Source: an uncultured Methanolobus sp.
GTDB taxonomy: Archaea; Halobacteriota; Methanosarcinia; Methanosarcinales; Methanosarcinaceae
Reading direction: 5' to 3'
DNA: 64,000 bases
NCBI GenBank assembly: GCA_963675495.1
Contig: OY776215.1
Coordinates: forward strand, 608,001 to 672,000
Each line of letters opens with the position of its first letter. Within the stretch, counting starts at the first letter, position 1. Of this stretch, positions 7,990 to 18,094 are shown piece by piece. The notes under the pieces were generated by a model. The model saw only the letters and a program-made list of their open reading frames with translations, was not told the origin of the DNA and made no database searches. The position numbers were made by a program, and so were the translations under genes.

Positions 7990-8016
7990 TAACTCCGCCG
8001 CGGGCGGCACAGTCCA
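7990..8016 (+). repeat. Cassette-boundary hairpin motif copy 8
   Basis: TAACTCCGCCGCGGGCGGCACAGTCCA. Confidence 0.8.
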
Positions 8017-8084
8017 TCCATTATACATAAAAACAATTATACTGACAAATTACAGATCAAAAAAAAAAGCCCAAAACTAACCTT

Positions 8085-8669
8085 TCACTCCAAAGGCTCA
8101 TAACTAAAACCAAAACCAAGGTCCTTCAGAGCCAGAAGTGCCATGAACATCACACAGAAGATGAAGAACACCGACACGAAACAGGCGAAATTATAGTAGA
8201 AGAAGTCCACGCCTGAGAGTCTGACGTTCATAACGGCAAAGATGCTAAGTGGTTCATTATAGAACGGATACAGGTAAGTAAGGCCACCATCAGCGATGTC
8301 ATCCAGAAGCAGATGGGACAGGAAAGCTGCCTCTGCGAATATCCCCAGGGATGAGGCTTTTGATGTGTTCCTGTATAATACGTATCCAAGCATAAATGCA
8401 AGTATGAATGCCACCAGACCAAAAAGAAGTGAATGTGTAGGAACCGGACCTATCAGTGTATGACTCAGGTTGCCGTGGAGTACATAGTTCCACACCGCAG
8501 GCACGTCCGGGAACACCGAACCCACACTGCCGACAACAAACAATAAGCTCAGGTGTTTTACATCCTTAAAGCTCATCTCCTTGCGAAAGCCACTTCCTGC
8601 AATTGCAAAGATCCCTACAAGGGAAATGCAGAATATGAAGAACGCAAAGTGGAACGCTGGATATGGCAT
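8085..8669 (-). CDS. Membrane metal-dependent hydrolase (YdjM/DUF457-like), type B
   Basis: N-terminal H, GSVFPD, THSLLF, SHLLLDD, YLYPF; several TM segments. Confidence 0.75.
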   Translation of the reverse strand: MPYPAFHFAFFIFCISLVGIFAIAGSGFRKEMSFKDVKHLSLLFVVGSVGSVFPDVPAVWNYVLHGNLSHTLIGPVPTHSLLFGLVAFILAFMLGYVLYRNTSKASSLGIFAEAAFLSHLLLDDIADGGLTYLYPFYNEPLSIFAVMNVRLSGVDFFYYNFACFVSVFFIFCVMFMALLALKDLGFGFSYEPLE

Positions 8670-8764
8670 ATACTAGTATACAAATCAAATATATATAAAT
8701 ATGATGTTAACACCGACATCTTATGAAAAACAATAAATCACCCCATCCACAATACTAACAGCAA

Positions 8765-9289
8765 ATGTTCATCTTCGGCCACATAGGCATAACCCTTGGA
8801 ATACTCACTCTCCTAAAACAGCATCCTGCACTCTCAAAGATGCCCACGTCCCTCTATGTGGTCGCCTTTGGCGCCATGCTACCCGACCTTATAGACAAAA
8901 CCCTTGGAGAGGTCATCTTCGCAAACTCCATAGGCAACGGAAGGATCTACGGACACACGCTGCTCTTCTGCCTGCTGTTACTCCTTACCGCAATTCACCT
9001 TTACAAGAAAAAAGAAGACAAACGTCTGCTCATCATCCCTGCTGCCAGCTTCCTGCATCTTATGGAAGACCGGCTCTGGATGACACCACAGACACTTTTC
9101 TGGCCACTGATGGGATGGCAGTTCCCTGACGGTTACTACTCAACAGGTATACTGGACTATTTCCTGGGGATCTTCAGGAATGCATACACACCTGCACTAA
9201 GTTATGTCTTTGTTTCTGAGATCATAGGCATAAGCATACTATGTATTGCAGGAATCGCTCACTTTAAAAAATCAAAAATAACACACTAA
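8765..9289 (+). CDS. Membrane metal-dependent hydrolase (YdjM-like), type A
   Basis: FGHIG, GAMLPDLIDK, GRIYGHTL, HLMED, LFWP. Confidence 0.8.
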   Translation: MFIFGHIGITLGILTLLKQHPALSKMPTSLYVVAFGAMLPDLIDKTLGEVIFANSIGNGRIYGHTLLFCLLLLLTAIHLYKKKEDKRLLIIPAASFLHLMEDRLWMTPQTLFWPLMGWQFPDGYYSTGILDYFLGIFRNAYTPALSYVFVSEIIGISILCIAGIAHFKKSKITH

Positions 9290-9586
9290 TATGATCCCCA
9301 TCCATAGTGTACCTGATAATACAAGGAAGCAGGAAGCATATATCTCAATTCAGCACATACACATTTCCAGACTTATCCAAACCGGTTACATGCATAGACT
9401 AAATAAAATTAAGAAGATAACAGAAAGATTTATACTATCGCATATGATAATATAAACAAAATATATTATGTTGCACATAAATATTCCAGAAACAATGTTC
9501 ATCCTGAAGCGCGACCCCGGAACAAAAAAGTTATAATTGCATAAAAATCTGCTTATGAACATATCACTGACCCACCGGCAGGAAAA

Positions 9587-12500
9587 ATGAAGACGAGGAT
9601 CGAAGAGAACATCAAGCTCAAAAAACTTGTTACATACTCAGAGGAACTCTTCCAAAGCCCCGCTGACACAATAGACTATCAAAGAATAACCGATGGGATA
9701 CTTGACCTGTCCGAAGCAAAATATGCGGTTTTCAATCTGTTTGAAGAAAAAACAAATTCCTTTTTTACAAAAGCTGTTTCAGGCCCACTTAACGATGTCA
9801 AAAGAATCTATTCGATGATGGGATTCAACCCTGAAGACAAGGGATGGAAAAGGAATCCTCATCTTGCAAAAAAAATTCAAAACCGCAATATCACCCGTTT
9901 TTCTGCTTTTCATGAACTGACCGGAGAACAGATTCCGAAAAAGACCGCAATACTTATGGAAAGAACCTTCGGTGCAGGAGAGACAATTGTAGCAAATATA
10001 TTCAAAGACAATATCAATCTGGGTTATTTCATATTGGTGATGGCTTGCGGAAAACTACTGACCAATGAAGACCTCATCGAAGTCTACACCCGGCAGGTAG
10101 GCCTCTTACTGGACCGGAAAAAAGTAGAAGAAGAGCTTCAATTTCAGTTCAGGTTCCAGAAGATGGTCTCTGAGATATCGGCTTGTTTTGTAAGTGTACC
10201 TGATAAAGAACTGGATAGTATAGTTGATGAGGCACTTAAGAAATGTGCCGTACTGTTTGAAGTCGATCGGGCCCACATATTTCTTTTTTCAGAAAATAGA
10301 ACAAAGATAAGCATTACCAATGAATGGTGCACACAGGGAATAGAATCCCATATAGACAATGTACAGGATCTACGCCTCAACGATTTCCCATGTTTTGAAG
10401 AGATCATAAGAAAGAACGGATACTTGCATGTACCGGATCTTGACAAACTCCCCCCTGAAGCAGATACTGAAAAGGACGTGCTCAAAACACATTCAATTCG
10501 ATCACTTCTGGACATACCCCTTACAAAAGATGGAAAAATTGTCGGCATCATGGGATTTGATGCTACCAGTAACAGGCATGAGTGGAGTGAAGAACAAATA
10601 TCACTTCTAAAAGTGGTAGCCGGGATAATAGCCAGTGCATTTGAAAAGAAATATGAAACTGAAGAATTGATCAATCGGGAGATGCAACTCAATAACGCCC
10701 AGAGGATCGGACACACAGGAAGCTGGGAGTTTGACCTGAACTCAGGAATGGTTCATGCCTCGCAGGAAGCTCACAGAATATATGGACTGGAAAACAGATA
10801 CCTAACCGTAAGGGAAGTGCAAAGCGTCGTACTTCCTCAATACCGTTCAATGCTTGACAAAGCACTTTCCCGACTCGTTGAGGAAAATCATCCATATAAC
10901 GTAGAGTTCAGTATCAAAAAACCAAACTCCGGTGTTGTTCGTCATATACACTCCGTGGCTGAGTATCATGCTGATAAAAATGTAGTGACCGGGACTCTCC
11001 ATGACATCACCGAGCGTAAGGAAGCAGAAGACAGGCTTGCTGAAGAGGAAGTCTGGAAGCACGTACTGATAGAGAATTCCATGGATGGGATCGTAGTACT
11101 CGATAAGACCGGCAAGGTCTACGAAGCTAACCAGCGCTTTGCAGACATGCTGGGTTATTCGCTGGAAGAGGTCAGAAAATTGTCACTATGGGATTGGGAT
11201 GCACAATTTACGCAGGAACAACTACTTCATATGGTCAAAAATGTGCATAAAGCCGAAGATTATTTTGAGGCATTGCACAAGCGTAATGATGGAACGGTAT
11301 TCTATGTTGAGATAAGTGCCATCAGCGCCATGTGTGGCGAACAGGAACTTGTCTTTTGCATGTGCAGGGATATCTCTGACAGGAAACTTTCTGAAGAAAA
11401 ACTGAAGAACAGGACACAAACACTGGACCTGGCACTGGAAGCAACCTGTGCCGGAATATGGGACCTTGACCTGACAACCGGCAACATACAATTGGAAGGG
11501 CTGGAGAGCTGGGAAATGATCACCGGATATACCATGAGTGACTTCCCTGATTTCAACCTTGAAATGTGGGCCGAAATGATACATAGAGATGATATAAGAT
11601 ATGTCACTCAAAAGTTACAGGATACAATTTCCGGTAAAGAACAACGCTATATAGCAGAGTACAGGATGCAACACAAAGAAGGTCACTGGGTCTGGGTTCG
11701 TGCTCATGGCAGGGTTGCAAGGTACGATAGTGCAGGCAATCCCCTCAACATGTACGGAACACATATCAGCATCAATGAAAGTAAGGTGGCTGAAGAAAAA
11801 GCGAAAGCTGCCAGCAGGGCAAAGTCAGAGTTCCTTGCCAATATGAGCCATGAGATACGCACCCCATTAAATGGTATCATTGGTTTTTCCGACCTGCTGA
11901 TGCACTCAGAACTCAAAGAGCAGCAATTGCAGCACATGCAAACGATACACACATCTGCCAATTCATTGCTTGACCTGATCAATGATGTACTGGACATTTC
12001 CAAGATAGAAGCCGGTAAACTGGAATTGGATACGGAAACTATCGACGTGATAGAACTGTGCGAACATATAACAGATATGCTAAAATACAGGGTCCATGAA
12101 AAAGGTCTTGAACTATTATTGAACATCTCACCACAAATACCACGTTATGTTGTGGCTGACCGCTTGAGATTGAGACAGGTGCTGGTAAATCTTTTAGGAA
12201 ATGCCATAAAGTTCACCGAGACCGGGGAAATTGAACTTAAGATTGAAGCTACTGGCAACGATCCAGGTAAGATGGAATTCACATTTTCCGTAAGAGATAC
12301 CGGAATTGGGATCGCAGAGGACAAACTGCCAAGGATATTCGATTCATTCTCACAGGCAGATGGATCGATCACCCGAAAATATGGAGGGACAGGACTTGGT
12401 CTTAGTATCTCTAATGAACTGCTGGAGAAAATGAACTCCAGACTCGAACTTCAAAGCAAAGAAGGGCAAGGAAGCAACTTCTATTTTACTGTATGCCTTC

Positions 12501-13717
12501 CTGCAGAACAGAACGAAAATGTTGCTATTGATGTTCCGGAAAACATCAAAAATGTTCTTATTGTAGATGATAACAGCAACAATTGCCTCATCTTACGGGA
12601 CATGCTTCAGGCAAGAGGACTCAAAGCTGATATTACAACCAGTGGCATAGAAGCAATTGGCATTCTTCGTGATGATAGTGATCACGACCTCATCATTGTC
12701 GATAAGAATATGCCTTCAATGGATGGAGAAGAAATGGTTCGCATCATACATGAGGAGAACAAGCTTTTCCATAATAATACTCCTGTGATCCTGCTAAACG
12801 ATTCTACGGACATTGCCCCAATACATGGTCAACAGGGCATAGGTGCCGGTATAATCAAACCTGTCAGGATGGAAGAGCTTTTCGAAACGATATACCACAT
12901 AGATTCTGCAAAAGGACCGCAAATTAATAACATCATACCCGAAAAAGCTGTTGTATTCATTGCTCCTGATAGCCACCACTATAGTATACTAATTGCTGAG
13001 GACAATGAAACAAATATGCTCCTTGCATCAACCATTATTTCCAATCTTTTACCTAAAGCAACGTTACTGCAGGCAAAGGACGGAAAGGAAGCAGTCCGGA
13101 TGTTCAGGGATAAAATTCCGGACCTTATCTTTATGGATATACAGATGCCCGAAGTAAGCGGGCATGATGCCACATTGATGATAAGGGACCTTGAGAAAGG
13201 AAACGGAGAACATACACCTATCATTGCCCTGACTGCCGGCGTTCTCAAGGGCGAAAAAGAGCGATGTCTTGAAGCGGGAATGGATGACTACATCACCAAG
13301 CCGATAGTAACGGACACCATAAGACACATTTTAAATAGATGGCTGCCTGAATGTGAAACCTCAAAAACTACGGAAAAATGTTCTGAAACAACAGAACCCC
13401 TTCATTTTGACAGGGAACACCTAATGAACAACTTAGGTGGCAGTAAAGAATTGTATGAAAGCCTTATCTCCGCTGCAATAATGTCTTTTACCCGTGATCT
13501 TGAAGACATCATGAGTTCTTTTTCAGAAAATGACATGGACAATATAAAGAGTGTCACACACCGCACAAAAGGTACTGCCCTTAATATTGGTTTCAACGGT
13601 CTGGCAAACCTATCTGCCAATATCGAACAGGCAGTGGACACCGATCATGCAGATATTCCCGTATTACTTGAAAAGATGAGAAGTGACATAGAGTATCTAA
13701 GAGATTACCTGGACTGA
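9587..13717 (+). CDS. Hybrid sensor histidine kinase (GAF, 3 PAS, HisKA, HATPase, 2 REC, Hpt)
   Basis: FLANMSHEIRTPLNGIIG, NLLGNAIKFT, DTGIGI, GGTGLGL, REC VDKNMP and FMDIQMP, Hpt HRTKG. Confidence 0.95.
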   Translation: MKTRIEENIKLKKLVTYSEELFQSPADTIDYQRITDGILDLSEAKYAVFNLFEEKTNSFFTKAVSGPLNDVKRIYSMMGFNPEDKGWKRNPHLAKKIQNRNITRFSAFHELTGEQIPKKTAILMERTFGAGETIVANIFKDNINLGYFILVMACGKLLTNEDLIEVYTRQVGLLLDRKKVEEELQFQFRFQKMVSEISACFVSVPDKELDSIVDEALKKCAVLFEVDRAHIFLFSENRTKISITNEWCTQGIESHIDNVQDLRLNDFPCFEEIIRKNGYLHVPDLDKLPPEADTEKDVLKTHSIRSLLDIPLTKDGKIVGIMGFDATSNRHEWSEEQISLLKVVAGIIASAFEKKYETEELINREMQLNNAQRIGHTGSWEFDLNSGMVHASQEAHRIYGLENRYLTVREVQSVVLPQYRSMLDKALSRLVEENHPYNVEFSIKKPNSGVVRHIHSVAEYHADKNVVTGTLHDITERKEAEDRLAEEEVWKHVLIENSMDGIVVLDKTGKVYEANQRFADMLGYSLEEVRKLSLWDWDAQFTQEQLLHMVKNVHKAEDYFEALHKRNDGTVFYVEISAISAMCGEQELVFCMCRDISDRKLSEEKLKNRTQTLDLALEATCAGIWDLDLTTGNIQLEGLESWEMITGYTMSDFPDFNLEMWAEMIHRDDIRYVTQKLQDTISGKEQRYIAEYRMQHKEGHWVWVRAHGRVARYDSAGNPLNMYGTHISINESKVAEEKAKAASRAKSEFLANMSHEIRTPLNGIIGFSDLLMHSELKEQQLQHMQTIHTSANSLLDLINDVLDISKIEAGKLELDTETIDVIELCEHITDMLKYRVHEKGLELLLNISPQIPRYVVADRLRLRQVLVNLLGNAIKFTETGEIELKIEATGNDPGKMEFTFSVRDTGIGIAEDKLPRIFDSFSQADGSITRKYGGTGLGLSISNELLEKMNSRLELQSKEGQGSNFYFTVCLPAEQNENVAIDVPENIKNVLIVDDNSNNCLILRDMLQARGLKADITTSGIEAIGILRDDSDHDLIIVDKNMPSMDGEEMVRIIHEENKLFHNNTPVILLNDSTDIAPIHGQQGIGAGIIKPVRMEELFETIYHIDSAKGPQINNIIPEKAVVFIAPDSHHYSILIAEDNETNMLLASTIISNLLPKATLLQAKDGKEAVRMFRDKIPDLIFMDIQMPEVSGHDATLMIRDLEKGNGEHTPIIALTAGVLKGEKERCLEAGMDDYITKPIVTDTIRHILNRWLPECETSKTTEKCSETTEPLHFDREHLMNNLGGSKELYESLISAAIMSFTRDLEDIMSSFSENDMDNIKSVTHRTKGTALNIGFNGLANLSANIEQAVDTDHADIPVLLEKMRSDIEYLRDYLD

Positions 13718-13805
13718 TCAATAGCCAGGAAACTGGTAGCATGCAGTACGATGTTTTTATTGGCATATCAGCGGGAATTAAAGGAGAAAGTAAAATAGAA
13801 TGATC

Positions 13806-14318
13806 TTACTTCTTCCTGAAGCTATTTATTATCACGAGAACGATGACAATAAAACCGACAAATTCAAAATTTAAAAAGTTGGAAAAATCCAAAGAAAATG
13901 ACCCACTTAACATTGTAAGCAAATAATCAACCCCACCTCCATAGGATGGATCATAGGGAAAATGCCATCCAAATAACGGCCAGTAAAAAGTATCTGGTTC
14001 TGTCCACATCTGGTCTTCAAGCAGGTGGCAGAATGAAGCTACGGATATCATGGCGAACCTGGGATCCTCCCTGCTTTTATAAAAATAGTATCCGATCAAA
14101 AGCAGAAGAATTGCAAAAATAAGTGTATGTGCAATGATCCTTCCGTTTGCGATAGACTCTGCAAAAAGTACCCTTCCAATAGGTTTGTCGATAATATCCG
14201 GCAACAGCGATCCAAAAGCAATATAACGAAGGTCTATACGGGACCTGATATCGGGCATAAGAAAGCCGAGCATTAAAAAGATTCCCAGCGTAATACCGAT
14301 ATGACCGAATATGAGCAT
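13806..14318 (-). CDS. Membrane metal-dependent hydrolase (YdjM-like), type A
   Basis: MLIFGHIGITLG, GSLLPDIIDKP, GRIIAHTL, HLLED; close paralog of 8765-9289. Confidence 0.8.
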   Translation of the reverse strand: MLIFGHIGITLGIFLMLGFLMPDIRSRIDLRYIAFGSLLPDIIDKPIGRVLFAESIANGRIIAHTLIFAILLLLIGYYFYKSREDPRFAMISVASFCHLLEDQMWTEPDTFYWPLFGWHFPYDPSYGGGVDYLLTMLSGSFSLDFSNFLNFEFVGFIVIVLVIINSFRKK

Positions 14319-14504
14319 ATTACATCATAGGTTTTTAGTACTATATGTATTTATTATAGGATGAACTATAGAAACTGGGGAAATATGCTTAACAAATTTA
14401 TATTCAAAGACTTAAATGAATTATGGATTTTGTTCTAAATTACGAATTTAGAAATATGAAAGGGTGGAAATAAACTTCTATTTTGAATTAGACAGGCAAT
14501 TAAA

Positions 14505-15026
14505 ATGATATCTAATAGAGATAAGGTAACTTATGGGGAAATTGCAGGACACTACCATAGTAATAAGTTCTTGTTTGGAATTAAATATACCAAGAACTGG
14601 ATTCTAGAACAGCTTGCATCGATCTGCCCAATCCCTTCCTGGAGGGTTAAAATGCATAAAATGCGGGGAGTGAATATCGCAAAGAACGTATACGTCGGCT
14701 ACAATGTACTTTTCGACAGGCTTCACCCGGAACTGATCACGATCGAGGAGTATGCTGAGATTGGTGATCAATGTATACTATCCGCCCACTCAAGAGGCAG
14801 TCTGACCACAAGAGATGCATATCCAAGAACAATGGCTCCCATCAAAATAGGACGTGGTGTTTGTGTGAACCCGGGGTGTATAATAACCCAGGGAGTTGAG
14901 ATCGGAGAAAATTCCATAATAGGGACCGGATCTGTAGTTAGTCGTGACATATCTCCAAATAGCCTTGCTTTAGGCTACCCGGCCCGGGTTGTCAAAAAAC
15001 TGGACCTTGGAGATAATTCGAAATAA
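14505..15026 (+). CDS. Hexapeptide-repeat (left-handed beta-helix) acyltransferase
   Basis: IKIGRGVCVNPGCIITQGVEIGENSIIGTGSVV...GYPARVVK. Confidence 0.85.
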   Translation: MISNRDKVTYGEIAGHYHSNKFLFGIKYTKNWILEQLASICPIPSWRVKMHKMRGVNIAKNVYVGYNVLFDRLHPELITIEEYAEIGDQCILSAHSRGSLTTRDAYPRTMAPIKIGRGVCVNPGCIITQGVEIGENSIIGTGSVVSRDISPNSLALGYPARVVKKLDLGDNSK

Positions 15027-15119
15027 GAAAAAAAGGTATTATGTCTTTTTCAACTGATCAATAGGAAGAAGCTCAAAATGCATCCATTCAGTGCTTTTAT
15101 CCTACACTGCGATATTGTA

Positions 15120-16253
15120 TCATTTCTTAATTCTGGCTACGATCCTTACAAGAAGTGATCTTTTAAGTTCTACAGCGTCGTTTGGACACAGTTCACGACA
15201 GCAATAACACTGGATACATTTTTCTTCGTTTATCCTGAAAACACCATCATGTTCCTCAATGGCATTCACAGAGCAGTTCAAAACACATGCTCTGCAAAGC
15301 GTGCAGACCGAGGTGTTAATGAAGGGTTTTACCGTAAAACTCCTTCTAAGTGCCCGTCGAAGGAACGGTGGCAAAGCTGCAGTTATTCCGCCTGACGGTC
15401 TTTTGAAATCAATCTTCACGTCCTCCAGTTCCATTCCTACAAGTTCCGGGTGAGCAGTTCCAAATCCCCTTGCAAGTGCCGCTTTGTTAGTGGGGATCTG
15501 CAACGGATCAAAACCTATGAGCTCTGATGCTACCACATCCAATGCAACACAGTCGTAACTTGCCATTATCACGCCTGAAGATATCGGAGTGCCGGCTGAG
15601 GGACCATCACCTTCCATCCCAATCACACCGTCCATGACTGCAAGATGTGGTTTGATGAAAGAGTATATATCCACAACTGCCTCTCCGAAAAGATCACGGT
15701 CTTCCAGAAAATGAGCCGCTTTGCGGTCTTTTCTCGGTATGGCACCGAAAAAGTTTTTCACCGCTCCGGTGTAAAGCGTCAGCTCATGGGTCTTGAGCTT
15801 TGGGAGTGAGATGATAATGTCAGCATCAAGTACTGCTTTTGCTATGTGCAGACGTGAAAATTGTTTCCCATTGGGAACATCGACCTCTACAAAACCTGAT
15901 GTTTCAAAATTGATCAGTTCTGCACCGAAATTTGAAGCAGCCTCTTCAATACCAGATACCCGGAGTGCTTCTGCAGTGGCTGTGGAATCGGGTCTTGTTA
16001 TCCCCGACCCATCCCCTACTACCGGGACGCCACCAGCCTCTGTGACCAGTTCACACATAGCAGCCACAACTGCCGGATGGGTCGTTACAGCATCGTCCGG
16101 ACCACGAATGGCAAGTACGTTGGGCTTGAGAAGTACACGGTCACCGGGTGATATGATCTTATCAAGACCACCGATCAGTTCGAGTGATCCGGCGATCGCG
16201 TCTTTCACTTTTGAATAATCACCGCATTGCACAATGGAGACTTTGTTGTTCAT
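15120..16253 (-). CDS. DUF362 domain protein with C-terminal 2x[4Fe-4S] ferredoxin domain
   Basis: VLLKPN, TTHP, LPKLKTH, TGAVKNFFG, GMEGDGP, then CTLCRACVLNC and CIQCYCCRELCP. Probable start MNNKV. Confidence 0.85.
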   Translation of the reverse strand: MNNKVSIVQCGDYSKVKDAIAGSLELIGGLDKIISPGDRVLLKPNVLAIRGPDDAVTTHPAVVAAMCELVTEAGGVPVVGDGSGITRPDSTATAEALRVSGIEEAASNFGAELINFETSGFVEVDVPNGKQFSRLHIAKAVLDADIIISLPKLKTHELTLYTGAVKNFFGAIPRKDRKAAHFLEDRDLFGEAVVDIYSFIKPHLAVMDGVIGMEGDGPSAGTPISSGVIMASYDCVALDVVASELIGFDPLQIPTNKAALARGFGTAHPELVGMELEDVKIDFKRPSGGITAALPPFLRRALRRSFTVKPFINTSVCTLCRACVLNCSVNAIEEHDGVFRINEEKCIQCYCCRELCPNDAVELKRSLLVRIVARIKK

Positions 16254-16290
16254 GAACACACCTGTTTTATAGCAAAATCGAAATTCCAAA

Positions 16291-17031
16291 TCAAAAACTC
16301 TGACAGCCATCAACCGTAATGACCCCGCCGCTTACGTAAGCTCCAAGGTCCGAACTCAAAAACAATACAACTTTTGCGACATCTTCCGGTGTACCAATCC
16401 TGCCAAGAGCGATATTGGACAGCATTTTTTCCCTGACCTGGGGTTTGATACCCTTTATCAGGTCGGTCTCAATAAGACCTGGAGCAACAGCGTTGACCGT
16501 TATCCCATATCTACCCAGTTCCTTTGCTACTGACCTGGTAAATCCAACAACTGCAGCTTTGCTTGCAGAATAGACGGCCTGGCCTTCATTGCCACTTAGA
16601 CCAATTGTCGAGGATATATTTACGATCCTTCCTGATCTTTGCTTTCTCATTATATTGGATGCATACCTCGTACACAGAAAAGCTCCTTTGAGGTTGACAT
16701 CGATAGTATGGTCGAAAAGTTCTGTACTGGTAAGTGCCAGAAGACTATTTCGCATTATTCCGGCATTGTTCACAAGCACATCGATCCTTGAGTGCTTTTC
16801 TTTGATAGAGCTGAACATATCCCTCACTTCATTTTCGCAAGACACGTCAGCCTTGATCATGGAAGCGGACAGCTCATTTTCATGTATCATGTCCACCAGC
16901 TCAGCTGCACTTTTTTCGTTTTGATGGTAGTTGACGATCACATGTGCATGGTTCTCCGCAGCAAGCAAGGCTATAGCTTTCCCGATACCCCGACTTGCTC
17001 CCGTAACCAGTACAACTTTGTCAGAAAGCAT
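16291..17031 (-). CDS. fabG: 3-oxoacyl-ACP reductase-like short-chain dehydrogenase
   Basis: TGASRGIG, VNNAGI, YSASK, VNAVAPG. Confidence 0.85.
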   Translation of the reverse strand: MLSDKVVLVTGASRGIGKAIALLAAENHAHVIVNYHQNEKSAAELVDMIHENELSASMIKADVSCENEVRDMFSSIKEKHSRIDVLVNNAGIMRNSLLALTSTELFDHTIDVNLKGAFLCTRYASNIMRKQRSGRIVNISSTIGLSGNEGQAVYSASKAAVVGFTRSVAKELGRYGITVNAVAPGLIETDLIKGIKPQVREKMLSNIALGRIGTPEDVAKVVLFLSSDLGAYVSGGVITVDGCQSF

Positions 17032-17045
17032 TTATGTGCAATACC

Positions 17046-18014
17046 TCAACTATCAAGATAACAGGTAGGCGGAGGTGACCTTATGTACTCAGTACTGCTT
17101 TTGATACCATCGATATGCTTCTGGGCTCTCAGGATGGTCTCTCGTGGCAGCTGGGTATTCTCTTCAATAACCTCAAGAGCTAACTGGTGTTCCTGGCCGT
17201 ACAGTAGCTGGTCCATTACCTGAATTGGCATGCGCCAGTAAAAGTCCTGATCAGAAGTATAGTGACTCCACGTATCCGCGCTTGGTGGCCTCTGGATGAT
17301 CGCATCATTGACGTTAAGGAATTTCGCCAGGGCATAGACCCGGGTCTTGTAGCAATCCGCCAGTGGCTCAATATCCACCCCACCATCCCCATATTTAACG
17401 AACTGACCCAGAACGAGTTCTGTCTTATTGGTTGTTCCACCAACTATGTAGTTCATTTTTTCAGCGTACATGTACTGAACAAGCATTCTGGACCGCTGTT
17501 TAACACCCTGTAGTCCGATCAATTCCAGATAATCACTTGCCTTCAACCTATGCTGTGCAACAGTATCACCGTCTTTTACCAGTTTTAAATAAGGAACGTT
17601 AACCGAACCCGTACTTAAGAAATCAGGCAGTACGAGTGATGTCTTGTGTATCCCGGGATCATATTCCGGGCATGTTCTCTTTATGATCCGGTCCTTCTTG
17701 CCATATATGTCAAGTGATTCCAATATCGGGGAGATAGGAACCTCTTCATATTGCACATCCAGGCTTTCACACATCTCTGCCCCAAGAGGTGTACTGGATG
17801 GTGCAGATTCCTTTTCAGGAAGAAGAAGGGCGTAAACATTCTCCTTTCCCAGTTCCTGTACGGCAAGCGTCAGGAGGACGGCGGAATCAACGCCTCCTGA
17901 AACGCCTATGACCATTCCTTTCTTCTTAAAGGTCGTAATTTGATCTTTGATAAAGAACCTGATCTTGCTGGCAATCATTTCAGTGTCTTTGTTCAGTTCA
18001 TCTATTATTTGCAT
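17046..18014 (-). CDS. NH3-dependent NAD synthetase-like PP-loop amide ligase
   Basis: SGGVDS, KQRSRM, GTTNKTE, FVKYGDGGVD, PPSADTW; has an insertion relative to housekeeping NadE. Confidence 0.8.
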   Translation of the reverse strand: MQIIDELNKDTEMIASKIRFFIKDQITTFKKKGMVIGVSGGVDSAVLLTLAVQELGKENVYALLLPEKESAPSSTPLGAEMCESLDVQYEEVPISPILESLDIYGKKDRIIKRTCPEYDPGIHKTSLVLPDFLSTGSVNVPYLKLVKDGDTVAQHRLKASDYLELIGLQGVKQRSRMLVQYMYAEKMNYIVGGTTNKTELVLGQFVKYGDGGVDIEPLADCYKTRVYALAKFLNVNDAIIQRPPSADTWSHYTSDQDFYWRMPIQVMDQLLYGQEHQLALEVIEENTQLPRETILRAQKHIDGIKSSTEYIRSPPPTCYLDS

Positions 18015-18094
18015 TCTATCCTTCCCTACAATGATTAAACTGTTCTAAGCTATTGTTTTAAAGTTCTCATCTGTTGAATGTCTGAATTTGCGGT

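Noticed and set aside
778-8016. CRISPR array interpretation of the ~29-bp repeats
   Set aside because: Intervals are 0.2-1.6 kb and contain whole genes, the copies are too divergent, and there are no cas genes in the window.
778-8016. Canonical integron (attC/intI)
   Set aside because: The motif is much shorter than attC, lacks consistent RYYYAAC/GTTRRRY ends, and no tyrosine recombinase is present. Kept only as an analogy.
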